Translations under genes and position numbers: made by a program
Source: Squalus acanthias
Lineage: Eukaryota
DNA length: 64,000 nucleotides
Direction: 5' to 3'
NCBI GenBank assembly: GCA_030390025.1
Contig: CM059433.1
Location: forward strand, 29,514,001 to 29,578,000
The notes under the pieces: model-generated
The model's input: only the letters and a program-made list of their open reading frames with translations
The model's database searches: none
Told to the model about the DNA's origin: nothing
Shown: positions 48,832-61,407 of the stretch, in pieces
How positions within the stretch are numbered: the stretch's first letter is position 1
How the letters are laid out: each line of letters begins with the position of its first letter

Positions 48832-49560
48832 GGGCTGGATTTTGCCAATGGGGAGCTTTTGGAGGCGGGTCTCCCACTTGTCGGGTTTTAGTCGCACCTC
48901 CATCGACTTCTGGCCAACCCACGCTATTTTCCCTTGACTGACCTTGTTCAGCCCGCCCAGCGGGCTTAGCAGGCCAATTAAGGGAAAGCTGGTTACAGAG
49001 AACATCAGCGTATGACATTGCATCTCTCAAAAACTTTTGACAGATGTATTGTCATCGTTTGACAGCTCTGAGAAGCTGTCAAACACTGACATTCTCTGTA
49101 GTTTGATGAGTTCTTGAATTCAAGACTCATCAAACCTCTTTCTTTAGCCAAAATTAGATGATTGTTGCATTGGAGAATGCAGCAGCCATCTGTCATCTCT
49201 ACCGCGAAGATGCGAGACTCTCCGCATCCCCAACGATTGAAGCCTGCAGGAAGAAACAAAGGTAAGTAAACTTTTTCTAACACTGTCCACTTACCTCACA
49301 TACTCACCTCTCCACACTTGCACCCATCACCTACCTTCACAGTGCACTTTTGCACCCCTCCGACCCCGCAGACCTACTGTTAACAGGCAGTTAAGTGGCT
49401 GTAATTCCCTTCCCGCCTCCAAGGAGACGGGACCCGGCGCGGGTCGGCTACCCTCCTCCTGGCAAGATGGCATGGAGGTGGGTTGGGGGTGGGATGGGCA
49501 CCATTTTCCCAGCAGTCCCGCCTCGATACCCGCCTCCCCAGGGCTGGCAAGATCGCGCCC
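48832..49560 (+). mobile_element. Non-autonomous Harbinger element (0.7-0.85 kb family, copy 1)
   Basis: TIRs GGGCTGGATTTTGCCA / TGGCAAGATCGCGCCC; TSD TGT. Confidence 0.88.
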
Positions 49561-50992
49561 TGTGTTTCCAAGACCTGGACAACATTCAGGCTTGGGCTGA
49601 TAAGTGGCAAGTAATATTCATGCCACACAAGTGCCAGGCAATGTCTATCTCCAACAAGATAGAGTCTAACCACCTCCCCTTGACATTCAGCAACATTACC
49701 ATTGCTGAATCCCCCACCATCAACATCCTGGAGGATCACCATTAACCAGAAACTTAACTGGACCAGCCTTATAAATATTGTGGCTACAAGAGCAGGTCAG
49801 AGGCTGGGTATTCTGTGGCGTGTGACTCATCTCCTGACTCCCTAAAACCTTTCCACCATATTCAAGGCACAAGTAAGGAGTGTGATGGAATACTCTCCCC
49901 TTGCCTGGATGAGTGCCGCTCCAACAACACTCAAGAAGCTCGACACCATCCAGGACAAAGCAGCCCACTTGATTGGCACCCCACCCACCACCTTAAACAT
50001 TCACTCCCTCCACCACCGGTGCACTGTGGCTGCAGTGTGTACCATCTACAAGATGCACTGCAGCAACTCGCCAAGGTTTCTTCAACAGCACCTCCCAAAC
50101 CCGCGACCGCTACTGCCTAGAAGGATAAGGGCAACAGGCACGTGGGAACTCCATCACCTCCAAGTTCCCATCCAAGTCACACACCATCTTGATTAGAAAT
50201 ATATCGCTGTTCCTTCATAGGGTCAAAATCCTGGAACTCCCTCCCTAACAGCACTGTGGGAGTACCTTCACTACACGGACTGCAGCGATTCAAGAAGGCG
50301 GCTCATTTGGATCAAATTGGACTGCTCTTTAAATGAGCCATCACAGGCATGTTGGGACGAATGGCCTCCTTCTGTGCTGAATGATTCTTTGGTTCTATGT
50401 TTAAATTTGAAGCACGTTCTAGGAAATGGGATGAGATCACTGCAGTTGTGTAATTTGGTTCAAGACTTCCTACGTCTAGCTTTGCTATACTTGAGACAGA
50501 TTTTATGCATTGAATTGCCAGAATGTAGGTTGAGACCACAAAGTTGATGAACTTGTTATGTTCAAGAGCAATCACTGAGAAGTGATATTCTGTGTAGGGT
50601 GGGATTGAATTGGGCTCTCTACAGTTTGAGGATAATATCTTGGATGTAGTCTTGTCAAAACAGCCGACAGCAAAATCCTTATTTATGTCGCATCATCATA
50701 TAGATTTAGTGATGGTACAAGTTAAATTGATCTTACCACATCTCAGGGGGCAACAGCACAGAGACAACTTTTACAATGGTAAGATTGGTACAGTTTGACC
50801 ATTTTCCCAATAATTTTCTCTTGCAAATGTTGGTTTAGTGTAGGCAAGGTCCAACAATTTACCCAGATTGTGGCAAATTGCTTATTGTAGAATGCATAGG
50901 ATGCCCAACAATTCTCCTGTGACTCAGAATGATGGAAATATGTCACACCATTGAGCCACTTTGATCAGCTGACCTGCGGTTCCGGACTTGCT

Positions 50993-51708
50993 TACATAGA
51001 ATTACATAGAATCTGCAACACAGAAACAGACCACACAGCACAACTGGTCTATGCCGGTGTTTATACTCAACATGAGTCGCCTCCCACCCTAATTCCCTCT
51101 TCCCACCCTGTCCTTGTATCCCTCTATTCCCTGCTCCCTCATGTCTGTATCAAGCCTCCCATTAAATGCATCAATGCTCTCTGCTTCAACCACTCCATGT
51201 GGCAGCGAGTTCCACATTCTCACCACTCTCTGTGTAAAGAAATTCCTCCGAAATTCTTTATTTGCTCTGTTAGTGACTATCTTATATTTATGCCCCCTTG
51301 TTCTGGACTCACCCACAAGTGGAAACAGTTTCCCCGCATCGGACCTATCGAAACCTTTTCTAATTTTAAAGACCTCTGTCAGGTCTCCTCTTAGGCTTCA
51401 TTTTCCCAGAGAAAAGAGCCCCATCCTGTTCAATCTTTCCTGATAGTTGTATCCTCTTAATTCTGGTAACATCCTTGCAAGTCTTTTCTCCATTGCTTCA
51501 ATATCCCTTTTGTAGTACGGAGACCAGAACTGCGCACAATACTCCCAAGTGTGGTGTAACCAAGGTCATATATAATTTTAACATTACCTCTCTGCTTTGG
51601 TATTATATTCCTCCAGAATTGAAACCAGTAGTTTATTTGCACTCTCTATGACCTTATAAATTTGTGTTGCTACTTTTGCCAATTTATGTATCTATATTCC
51701 CAGATCTT
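50993..51708 (-). mobile_element. CR1 3' region
   Basis: RTRGHKYKI..RNFFTQRVVRMWNSLP. Confidence 0.88.
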
Positions 51709-51723
51709 ACATAGAAAGACAAA

Positions 51724-52597
51724 GGGGGGAAAATTCAGTTGGTTGCGCCTCCCGTTAGCGTCTTAAGAGGGCGCTAATGGGGCACAAAGCAACTAGCGCC
51801 CGGGTGTGGCGATGTTTGCGCTGCTCGTGAAATTAACTAAACATTTTGCGATGGCGCTAAACATTATCGCCACGATCTCCTGCGCCGGCAGATCGTGACG
51901 TCACTCGAGTGCGCAACGCGCCGGAGTGGATATTGAGTGGCACCCCCTGCCTTAACGCCTGCCGCTAGCAATGACAGGTTGAGGGGAGCGTTTTGCAGTC
52001 AGGAAGGGACTGGGGGAGCGCTATTTAAAGGCGACCGCTTCCTGCCTTTTTTTGTTGGTGACATTTTTGAACCACGCATTCTGAGAGAGAGACTTCTGGA
52101 GAGATTCAACGCTGTGTGAAGGAGTTTTGGGTACTGAGCAGCACTTTGCGGGTTCATTTTGATTTGCCCTTCCTTGTATCGATTTAGAAGAGACTGTGGG
52201 GGCTGCACTCTGAGCTCCTTCCCTGGACCTCTCCATTGTTCTTTCCAGCAGATTTGATGTACAGGTCTCTCCAGGCCGAGATTCAAGGCTGCAATGAGCA
52301 GGATGTGGATGGAAAGCAAGATCAACCCTCCCCTTTAAGAACTGGCCGGCACCATTGTGTCCGTGTTCCATCGCTGACTGACATCACATGAGCTTCGCCA
52401 GCGCTCTGAGGTAGTGCCTCGCTCCTCGGCCTTTGCGCCTTAAGACAGGTGTGAAGCGCCTGATTTAGTGCTCCAATCACCTCCAGGGGCGATAAAAGCC
52501 AAGTTTGCAGTCAGAGGCGATAATTAGCGCCAGGCGCTAAACTTTGCACACGGCCGATAATTGCGCCCCAAACAGGGCGATACTGAATTTTTCCCCC
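51724..52597. mobile_element. Non-autonomous Harbinger element (family of 11834, copy 3)
   Basis: TIRs GGGGGGAAAATTCAGT / ACTGAATTTTTCCCCC; TSD AAA/ATA. Confidence 0.9.
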
Positions 52598-53087
52598 ATA
52601 GACTTTACTGCTCAGAAACAGGCCATTTGACCTAACTGGTCTATGTCGGTGTTTATGCTCCACACAAGCCTCCTCCCACTCTCTTCATCTCACCCTATCA
52701 GCATAACCTTCTATTTCTTTCCCCCTCATGTGTTTATCTAGCTTCCCCTTAAGATCTCTCCCACATTTAGTTTCTTGCCTTTCAACGAATAAGAAGCCTC
52801 CTTGCTCTGCCTACCAAAAGAAGAAGGTGGCCATTTAATTACAACTGAAACAATATATAGAAGTGAATGACCATAGATAAAATGATACTTACACCAGAGA
52901 TCTGGAATCAGTCCACAAAGGGTTATTATACCCTGTTCAGAAAGCTCCTTCTTTACAGTTTCATCGGATGTAACAATTCCTTTGGGTGGCTTAGCTAAGC
53001 CTTCTCTTCCCTTACATCATAGTTCACGGTCTTTCATGATAAGATGCTACACATCGAAAACGTGATCAAGGCATTCGTACTCGGCTT

Positions 53088-53126
53088 GAGTTCTGACGAA
53101 AGGTCATCGGCCTGAAACGTTAACCC
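53088..53126 (+). ncRNA. Minimal hammerhead ribozyme motif in a short repeat
   Basis: GAGTT-CTGACGA-A-AGGTC-ATC-GGCCT-GAAA-CGTT-AACCC. Confidence 0.65.
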
Positions 53127-53149
53127 TTGTGCTTCTCTTTGCACAGGTG

Positions 53150-53648
53150 GCTTTTCATAATTAAACTGTAAGGAGACAATGGATTGCCCCAGAGTCATCA
53201 AATTAAAAAACAAATAAAAGTGCCCCCTTTTACAGGGATACAACTAATAGAAAACTAAACCGTGAAACAAAGGAAACTTATAAGATTAAATAATAATATT
53301 GTCACCACTGTCCACTATGCCCTCCAGTCCCTATGGTGCCCACTGGTCACGGAGGGCCTCGAGCGTACATGCAGACACTGCGCTCCTTCTCCATGGTCAC
53401 CAGGGCACAGACAAGGTTGTAAAAAAGAGGCAGGCAGCCAGAGCTACCCTACCCACGGACTGCATCCAACCTCGACCTGTGGATGACCACTTTGACCAAG
53501 CCCAGGATCAGACCCACAAGGTGGTCCTCCCACTTGCCCATGCAGCACACCCCACCCCCCCACTCGTCCGCACCGGGTGGCCAAAGATCATGAGCGTGGG
53601 ACTGAAGTGGAGCCAGAAGTTGAAGAGCAGCTGCTTCAAAGAATGAAA
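53150..53648 (-). mobile_element. Tx1/L1-clade LINE 3' fragment
   Basis: Minus strand ..HFSPTLMIFGHPVR..LVGLILGLVKVVIHRSR..LEALRDQWAP, typical of Tx1-like ORF2 C-termini; recognised by motif only. Confidence 0.6.
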
Positions 53649-53687
53649 CCTCTCCGCAGAGGCTGCCTGACCTGATGAAGTATCTTC

Positions 53688-54255
53688 ACACCTGGAGTAC
53701 TGAGCACAGTTTTGGTCTCCTTATCTAAGGAAGGATATACCTGCCTTGGAGGCGGTGCAACGAGGGTTCACTAGATTGATTCCTGGGATGAGAGGGCTGT
53801 CCTATGATGAGAGATTGTGTAGAATGGGCCTATACTCTCTGGAGTTTAGAAGAATGAGAGGTGATCTCATTGAAACATACAAGATTCTGAAGGGGATTGA
53901 CAGGGTAGACGCTGAGAGGTTGTTTCCCCTGGCTGGAGAGTCTAGAACTAGGGGGCATAGTCTCAGGATAAGGGGTAGGCCATTTAAGACTGAGATAAGG
54001 AAGAATTTCTTCACTCAGAGGGTTGTGAATCTTTGGAATTCTCTGCCCCAGAGGGTTGTGAATGCTGAGGCTTTGAGTATATTCAAGACTGCGATAGATA
54101 GATTTTTGGACTCTAGGGGAATCAAGGGATATGGAGATCGGGCGGGAAAGTGGAGTTGATGTCGATGATCAGCCATGATCTTATTGAATGGCGGAGCAGG
54201 CTCGAAGGGCCGAATGGCCTACTCCAGCTCTTATTTCTTATTTTTTATGTTCTTA
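53688..54255 (+). mobile_element. CR1 3' end
   Basis: LEFRRMRGDLIETYKIL..KNFFTQRVVNLWN. Confidence 0.92.
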
Positions 54256-54441
54256 TCTCCAGCAGTTGCTGTTTTTAAGTCTTAATCAGCCTGTTACTTT
54301 TTTTTGGTCAGAACAGCTGGAGCTGGGATATTTATTACAAGGGATCTTTTGACGTAAAGCCATCTCTTTTGAATCAAGTCAAGTGAGCACAGTGTTAACA
54401 GGCTTCATACTTTGGTGGATAGAGAGATAATGGCTTGCAAC

Positions 54442-54710
54442 TAGGGTTGGCAACTCTGGATGGACGTTTCCTGGAGGTTTTACCACGTGACCTTCTGCCT
54501 CCAACCGCCTTGCAGAGTCAAACAGCCATTTTTTCCCATTTCCAATATTTCTATCATTAATAAACAAAAGTATTCAAAGAATATAAAAAAACATGATTTT
54601 TTTTAATGTCCCGATGATTTTTCTCCCTCGGGTTGCTTGCAGCAGCGTCCAGGAGATTAATCTTCAATTCCTGGAGGCTCCAGGGCAATCCTGGAGGGTT
54701 GGCAACCCTG
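54442..54710. mobile_element. hAT-type MITE
   Basis: TIR TAGGGTTG..CAACCCTG; 8-bp TSD CTTGCAAC/CTTGTAAC. Confidence 0.85.
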
Positions 54711-55726
54711 CTTGTAACTGCTGGCTTCTCCATTCATAGAATGATACAACACAGAAGGAGGCCATTCGACCCATCGTGCCGGCCCTTTGGTAGAGCTGTC
54801 CAATTAGTCCCACTCTCCCCTGCCGCTTCCCCATAACTCTGCAAATTTTTCCCCTTCAAGTATTTATCCAATCCCCTTTTGAAACTTAATATTGAATCTG
54901 CTCCTACCAGCCTTTCAGGCAGTGCATTCCAGACCACAACAACTCGCTGAGTAAAAACAAATTCTCCTCACCTCGCCTCTGCCTCTTTTGCCATAGCAGC
55001 TTGCTTGATTTGACATCTTACAGTAACTGTAAATTCCATTTTCAAAAATCAATGTAAATGAGAATCGTGTGGTTTGTATATCGGACTGGTGATCCACAAT
55101 GTCAGTTTCATGCCTGGGCGGCAAAATGAAAATCTACCCTCCGAGTGTCTCTGTCTTTAATTTTGGATCCAGCAAAGAAAACAGCCTCCATTTTAACCCC
55201 TCGCTACTTCAAGCTATATAAAGCTCATGGGATAAATTCCTAGTTTTGTAAAGTGTCCAACACAGTAGGCATATCTACATCTTTGTGAATCATAGAATCA
55301 TAGAAGGATTTTTATAGTATTCAATAGTAACTTTCAAAAGGAAATTGGATAAATACTTGAAGGGGAAAATACATTCCATTGAGAAACAAAAACTCCATGG
55401 GAAAAGTGATTCAACCGTGGCTAACTAAAGAAGTTAAGGATAGCATTAGATTGAAAGAAGACACTTATGTTGCAAAGAATAATAGTAAGCCTGAGAATTG
55501 GGAGAGTTTCAGAAACCAGCAAAGGTTGACCAAAAAATTGATAAAAAGGGAAAAAATAGAATATGAGAGTAAACTAACAAGAAATATAAAAGCAGATTGT
55601 AAGAGCTTCTACAAGTATGTAAAAAGGAAGAGAGTAGCAAAAGTAAACGTTGGTCCCTTCGAGGCTGAGAGAGGAGAAATTATTAAGGGGAATAAGGAAA
55701 TGGCAGAAATGTTAAACAAATATTTT

Positions 55727-56570
55727 GGGCTGGATTTTCTCAATGGAGATGTGTTGGAGGCGGGACTGCTGCTTGCCGGGTCTCAGTCCCGCCTCCATCA
55801 GCCTCTGACTAACCAGCGGGATTTTCCCCTGATTGACCTTGTTAAACCCGCCCAGTGGGCTCAGCAGGCCAATTAGGGGGAAGTCACTTACAGAGCACGT
55901 CAATGTCTGACGTGCCAGCTGTCAAGATTTCTTGAAAGAAGAAAAGTCCGCGTTTGACAGCTCTGTGAAGCTGTCAAACACTGACATTCTGTGTAGTTTG
56001 ATGAGCCCTTGTGTTCAGGACTCATCAAACCTTTCAACTTTGCAGAAATCACCTGGCTGTTGTTTCGGAGGATCCAACAGCCAGTCTGTGAAATCTACAA
56101 TGGAGATGTCGGGACTCCAGATCCACAGCGGCTGAAGGCTGTAGGCAGAAACAAAGGTAAGTGAACATTTTATAACACTTAACACTCACCTTACATACTT
56201 ACCCCTCCACACTTGCACACATCGCTCACCTCTACATCTCACTTTCAGACCCCTCCGACCCCCGCAGACCTCCTACTCAGCTCCTCCACCCTGGCGGGGT
56301 TCTCTGAGGTCGGGAAGCCTGCAGTTGGAAAGGTAAAATGGGACTAATCCTTTTTTCTGCCTGTTAACTACCTGTTAACAGGCAGTTAATAGGATTTAAT
56401 CCCTTTCCCACCTCGAGGAGACGGGACCTGGGGCAGATGGCTTCCCGCCTCCTGGCAAAAGGGCACGGAGGTGGGATGGGGGCAGGTTTGCCAGCTGCCC
56501 CCACGTTCTGCAACTTTACCAGCAGTCCCGCCTCCATACCCGCCTCCTCGGGGCTGACAAAATCCAGCCC
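55727..56570 (+). mobile_element. Non-autonomous Harbinger element (family of 48832, copy 2)
   Basis: TIRs GGGCTGGATTTT / AAAATCCAGCCC; TSD TTT/TGT. Confidence 0.9.
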
Positions 56571-57417
56571 TGTGTATCTGTCTTCACAGTAGAAGACACA
56601 AAAAGCATACCAAAAATGGTAGGGAACCAAGGGCCTAATGAGGGTGAGGAACTTAACGTAATTAACATAAGTAGAGAAAAAGTACGAGAGAAACTAATGA
56701 GACTAAAAGCCAACAAATCCCCTGGACCTGATGGCCTACATCCTAGGGTTCTAAAAGAGGTGGCTGAAGAGATAGTGGATGCATTGGTTTTGATCTTTCA
56801 AAATTGTCTAGATTCTAGAATGGTCCCAGTGGATTGGAAGATCGCAAATGTAACACCGCTATTCAAGAAAGGAGGGAGAGAAAAAACAGTGAACTACAGG
56901 CCAGTTAACCTGACATCAGTCATCAGGAAAATGCTGGAATCCATTGTTAAGGAAGTGATATCAGGCACTTAGAAAATCAGAACATGATTAGGCAGAGCCA
57001 ACATGGTTTTATGAAAGGGAAATCGTGTTTGACAAATTTATTAGAGTTTTTTGAGGATGTAACTAGCAGGGTAGATAAAGGGGAACCAGTGGATGTAGTA
57101 TATTTGGATTTCCAAAAGGCATTCGATAAGGTGCCACATTAAAGGTTATTACACAAGATTAGGGCTCACGGGGTTGGGGGTAATATAGTAGCATGGATAG
57201 AGGATTGGTTAACTGACAGAAAACAGAGAGCAGGGATAAACGGATCTTTTTCAGGTTGGCAGGCTATAACTAGTGGGGTGCTGCAAGGATCAGTGTTGGG
57301 GCCTCAGTTATTTACAATCTATATTAATGACCTAGATGAAGGGACTGAGTGTAATGTATCCAAGTTTGCTGATGATACAAAGCTAGGTGGGACAGTAAGC
57401 TGTGAGGAGAACACAAA

Positions 57418-58247
57418 GGGGGTGATTTTGCCAATGGGGAGCTTTTGGAGGCGGGACTCCCACTTGTCGGGTTTCAGTCCCGCCTCCAACAACTTCTGGC
57501 CAACCCATGCTATTTTTCCTTGATTTACCTTGTTAAGCCCGCCCAGCAGGCCTAGCAGGAGAATTAAGGGAAAGCCGGTTGCAGAGCACGTCATCGTATG
57601 ACGTTATTTTTGACAGATGAATTGTCATCGTTTGACAGCTCTGTGAAGCTGTCAAACACTGACATTCTCTGCAGTTTGCTGAGGTCTTGAATACAAGACC
57701 CCATCAAACCTCTTTCTTTTACAGAAATGAGATGGTTGTTGCATCTGTGAATGCAACGGCCACCTGTCATTTCCAATGCAGAGGTCCGAGACTTTCCGCA
57801 TACACACCGACTGAAGCCTGCAGGAAGAAACAAAGGTAAGTACACTTTTAATAACACTTTGCACTTACCTCAGATACTCGCCTCTCCACTCTTGCACCCA
57901 TCACTTACCTTCACACCACACTTTTGCACCCCCCCGACCCCCACAGACCCACTACTCGCCTCACTGAGCTGGCGGGTTTCGGAGCCTTCGGGAAGCCTGC
58001 ACTTGAGGGCAAAAAGGGGATAATCCTATTTTCTGCCTGTTAACTACCTGTTAACAAGCAGTTAATAGGCTTTAATCCCTTCCCGCCTCCAAGGAGACGG
58101 GACCCAGCGCGGGACGGCTAACCGCCTCCTAGGAAGATGGCATGGAGGCGGGTTGGGGGCAGGTTGGGCACCCACCCCCAAACTCTGCCATTTTCCCGGC
58201 AGACCCACCTCCATACCCACCTCCCCAGGGCTGGCAAAATCGCCCCC
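57418..58247 (+). mobile_element. Non-autonomous Harbinger element (family of 48832, copy 3)
   Basis: TIRs GGGGGTGATTTTGCCA / TGGCAAAATCGCCCCC; TSD AAA. Confidence 0.9.
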
Positions 58248-59911
58248 AAAGAGTCTGCAAAGGGATATAGATAGACTAAGTGAGTGGGCTGTAAGGTGGC
58301 AGATGGAGTATAATGTAGGGAAATGTGAGGTTAATAACTTTGGTAGGAAGAATAGAATAACAGAATATTTTTTAAATGGTGAGAAACTTTCAAATGTTAG
58401 TGTTCAGAGAGATTTGGGTGTCCTCGTGCAAGAAACACAGAAAGCTAGCATGCAGGTACAGCAAGCAATAAAGAAGGCAAATGGCATGTTGGCCTTTATT
58501 GCAAGGGGGTTGGAGTATAAGAGTAAGGAAGTCTTGCTACAATTGTACAGGGCCTTGGTGAGACCACACCTGGAGTGGAGTACTGTGCACTGTTTTGGTC
58601 TCCTTATCTAAGGAAGGATATACTTGCCTTGGAGGTGGTGCAACAAAGGTTCACTAGATTGATTCCTGGGATGAGAGGGCTGTCCTATGATGAGAGATTG
58701 TGTAGAATGAGCCTATACTCTGGAGTTTAGAAGAATGAGAGGTGATCTCATTGAAACATAAAAGATTCTGAAGGAGATTGACAGGATAGATGCTGAGAGG
58801 TTGTTTCCCCTGGCTGGAGTGTCTAGAACTAGCTGGCATAGTCTCAGGTAAGGGGTAGGCCATTTAAGACTGAGATGAGGAGGAATTTCTTCACTCAGAG
58901 GGTTGTGAATCTTTGGAATTCTCCGCCTCAGAGGGCTGTGAATGCTGAGTCTTTGAGTATATTCAAGGCTGAGATAGATAGATTTCTGGACTCTAGGGGA
59001 ATCAAGGAATATGGAGATCGGGCGGGAAAGTGGAGTTGAGGTGGATGATCAGCCATGATCTTATTGAATGGCGGAGCAGGCTTGAGGGGCCAGATGGCCG
59101 TCTCCTGCTCTTATTTCTTATGCTCTTATGTTCTTTTCAGCACAGAAGGAGGCCATTCGGCCCATCGTGCCTGTGCCAGCTCTTCGAATGAGCTATCTGA
59201 TTAATCCCTCTCCCCTGCTCTTTCCCCATAGTCCTGTAATTTTTTTCCCCTTCAAGTGTTAAATTATGAAGACAGGTTGCATAAACTTTGTATTCCCTTG
59301 AGTTTAGAAGGTTGAGGAGTAATATAATCTTACCAAAAAAGAAAAGTAAACATCACTAAACGAGTCAAGAAATGTTAGAATAAGAGGCCAATTGGTTTTT
59401 CAGTGGCTTCAGTTTCACATTTTAATTACAGTTTCTATTTTATTCGTTTTAGGTGTCAAATTTTAGTTTTTCTTTTAGTTTTATGGAGGTTTTCGCTTCT
59501 ATTTTAGATTCTAATTACATTTAAACAGGAGGCATAACAACACTGGGTTTTATTTGTCACCCAGCGATGTTCCCAGCAGCTTTCAGCAAGGTGTCATGAA
59601 GACATGCCTTTCTAGTGACACCGTTGTCCTTTTTAACTTTCCAAAAGACTGCACAGAATATTGTTTATACAAAGTCTTGACTCACAGGGCAAATGATGAA
59701 ATGGAGAGCCACCAGTGAAAGAATTCAAAAGAGGGTTGCTGTCATTCCAAAACTCGATTAAGTTGCAGTTTTTATTTGCTGCTTCTTCTACAGTACCCCT
59801 CAAGTAGATATCTGACGAGCTCAGTCTCTGATTCAAATCCTTATGAAATGGGAGATGGACCAGTTTTTGTTACTTTCTTGTGGTGGGACTGGAACCTTTT
59901 AATAGGAGCCT

Positions 59912-60261
59912 TAGAAGATTAAAGGGTGATTTAATTTGAGGTGTTTAAGATGATGAAAGGAATTGATAGAGTAGATAGAGAGAAGCTATTTCCTCTGGTG
60001 GGGGAGTCCAGGATAAGTTGGCATAACCTTAAAATTAGAGCTAGGCCATTCAGGGGTGTTGTCAGGAAACACTTCTTCACACAAAGGCTAGTGGAAATCT
60101 GGAAAACTCTGGAAGTCAATTGAAAATTTCAAAACTGAGATTGATAGATTTTTGTTAGGCAAGGGTATTAAGGGTTATTGAACCATGGCGGGTAGATAGA
60201 GTTAAGATTCGGATCAGCCATGATCTAATTGAATGGCGGAACAGGCTCATCCTGTTCCTAT
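59912..60261 (+). mobile_element. CR1 3' end
   Basis: RKHFFTQRLVEIW; homolog of 16820-17277. Confidence 0.85.
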
Positions 60262-60472
60262 GGTCCGAGAAGCTTTGTTCAAAGATATATAGGAGCTGGA
60301 CTCATTTGAGACTTGTTTTATTTAATTTCACACTAACTTCCTCCCCAGTCCCAATGTCACTGAGTCACAGGCTGAGTCCACTCCAGGAAGGCCGAACATG
60401 CTAACCAGCTGAGACTAGTTTCTTTTACTACCATCGACAATGTCACGCAATATCTACAGCATCAGCCTTCAG

Positions 60473-60970
60473 TGTCATCTTGGCTCAGTCGGTAACATTC
60501 TCACCTCTGAGTCAGAAGGTTGTGGGTTCAAACCCTATTCTAGCGACTTGAACACAAAATCCAGGCCAACACTCGCAGTGCAGTGCAGTACTGAGGGAGT
60601 GCTGCACTGTCGGAGGTGCAGTACTGAGGGAGTGCTGCACTGTCGGAAGAGCTGTCTTTCAGCTGAGGCATTAAACCGAGGCCCTGTTTGCTCTCTCAAG
60701 TGGATGTATAAGATCCCATGCCACTATTTTGAAGAAGAGCAATGGAGTTCCCCCAATGCCCTGACCAATATTTATCCCTCAACCAAGATCTCTAAAACAT
60801 TGATTATCTGATCATTATCACATTGCTGTTCGTGCGACCTTGCTGTTCGCAAATTGGCTAACCGGCACTTTTCCTACATTACAACAGTGACTGCACTTCA
60901 AAAAGTACTTCATTCGCTGTAAAGCGCTTTTGTACATCGTGAAAGGCACTATATTTCTTTCTTTCTTTCT
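60473..60970 (+). mobile_element. Near full-length tRNA-derived SINE with Deu-like core and L2-like tail; internal tandem duplication of about 32 bp
   Basis: A box TGGCTCAGTCGG, B box GGTTCAAACC, core ATCACATTGCTGTT..CAAATTGGCT, (TTTC)n tail. Confidence 0.88.
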
Positions 60971-61407
60971 CCTCAAGTAACTTGATAAATGGGATAATTT
61001 TATAAATCAAATGGGTACATGAGGTTGGAGGATTGTTTGAGGTCAGGAGGTCTATGGACCAATCACTGGTTTAATGGGATGGTAACTTACAAGCACTTCA
61101 CCTCGTTGCAATGGCTAAAAGCCTTCAGGAATGATCCGTTGGTTAGTTCTGTTGAATTTGTCAGCAAACTGCCTAATCAATCTGTCTAGCATGAACTGTG
61201 GAAACCGTTAATGAGCAGTGATATATGCTCGATCCTTCCCATTTAGTACACAAGCTGGCTGTATTCACAGTGGCTGTGGTGTGACGTTGGTGAAGCAGGG
61301 ATCTGGGGGTTGGATGAACAAGTATTAGATTCCTCTCGTTATGCCTCCTATTAATAACACTTCAGCCATTTATTCAGCTACTTTGCAACTAAGCACTTCA
61401 CGCATCT

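Larger units (their letters stand above)
39300..50305 (+). mobile_element. Zenon-like LINE split into about 39300-39600 and 49568-50305 by a 10-kb nest of younger elements
   Basis: GVSQGSVLGP/FADDCT..CATGCAG resumes as CAAGACCTGGAC (DLDNIQAW). Confidence 0.82.
55372..59134 (+). mobile_element. CR1 LINE (about 2.1 kb net) with two Harbinger insertions
   Basis: PWLTKEVK, KSPGPDGLHPRVLKE, FADDTK, RPHLE; TTCTTATG tail. Confidence 0.95.

Noticed and set aside
60473..60545. tRNA gene
   Set aside because: The A and B boxes belong to a SINE head that continues into the Deu-like core
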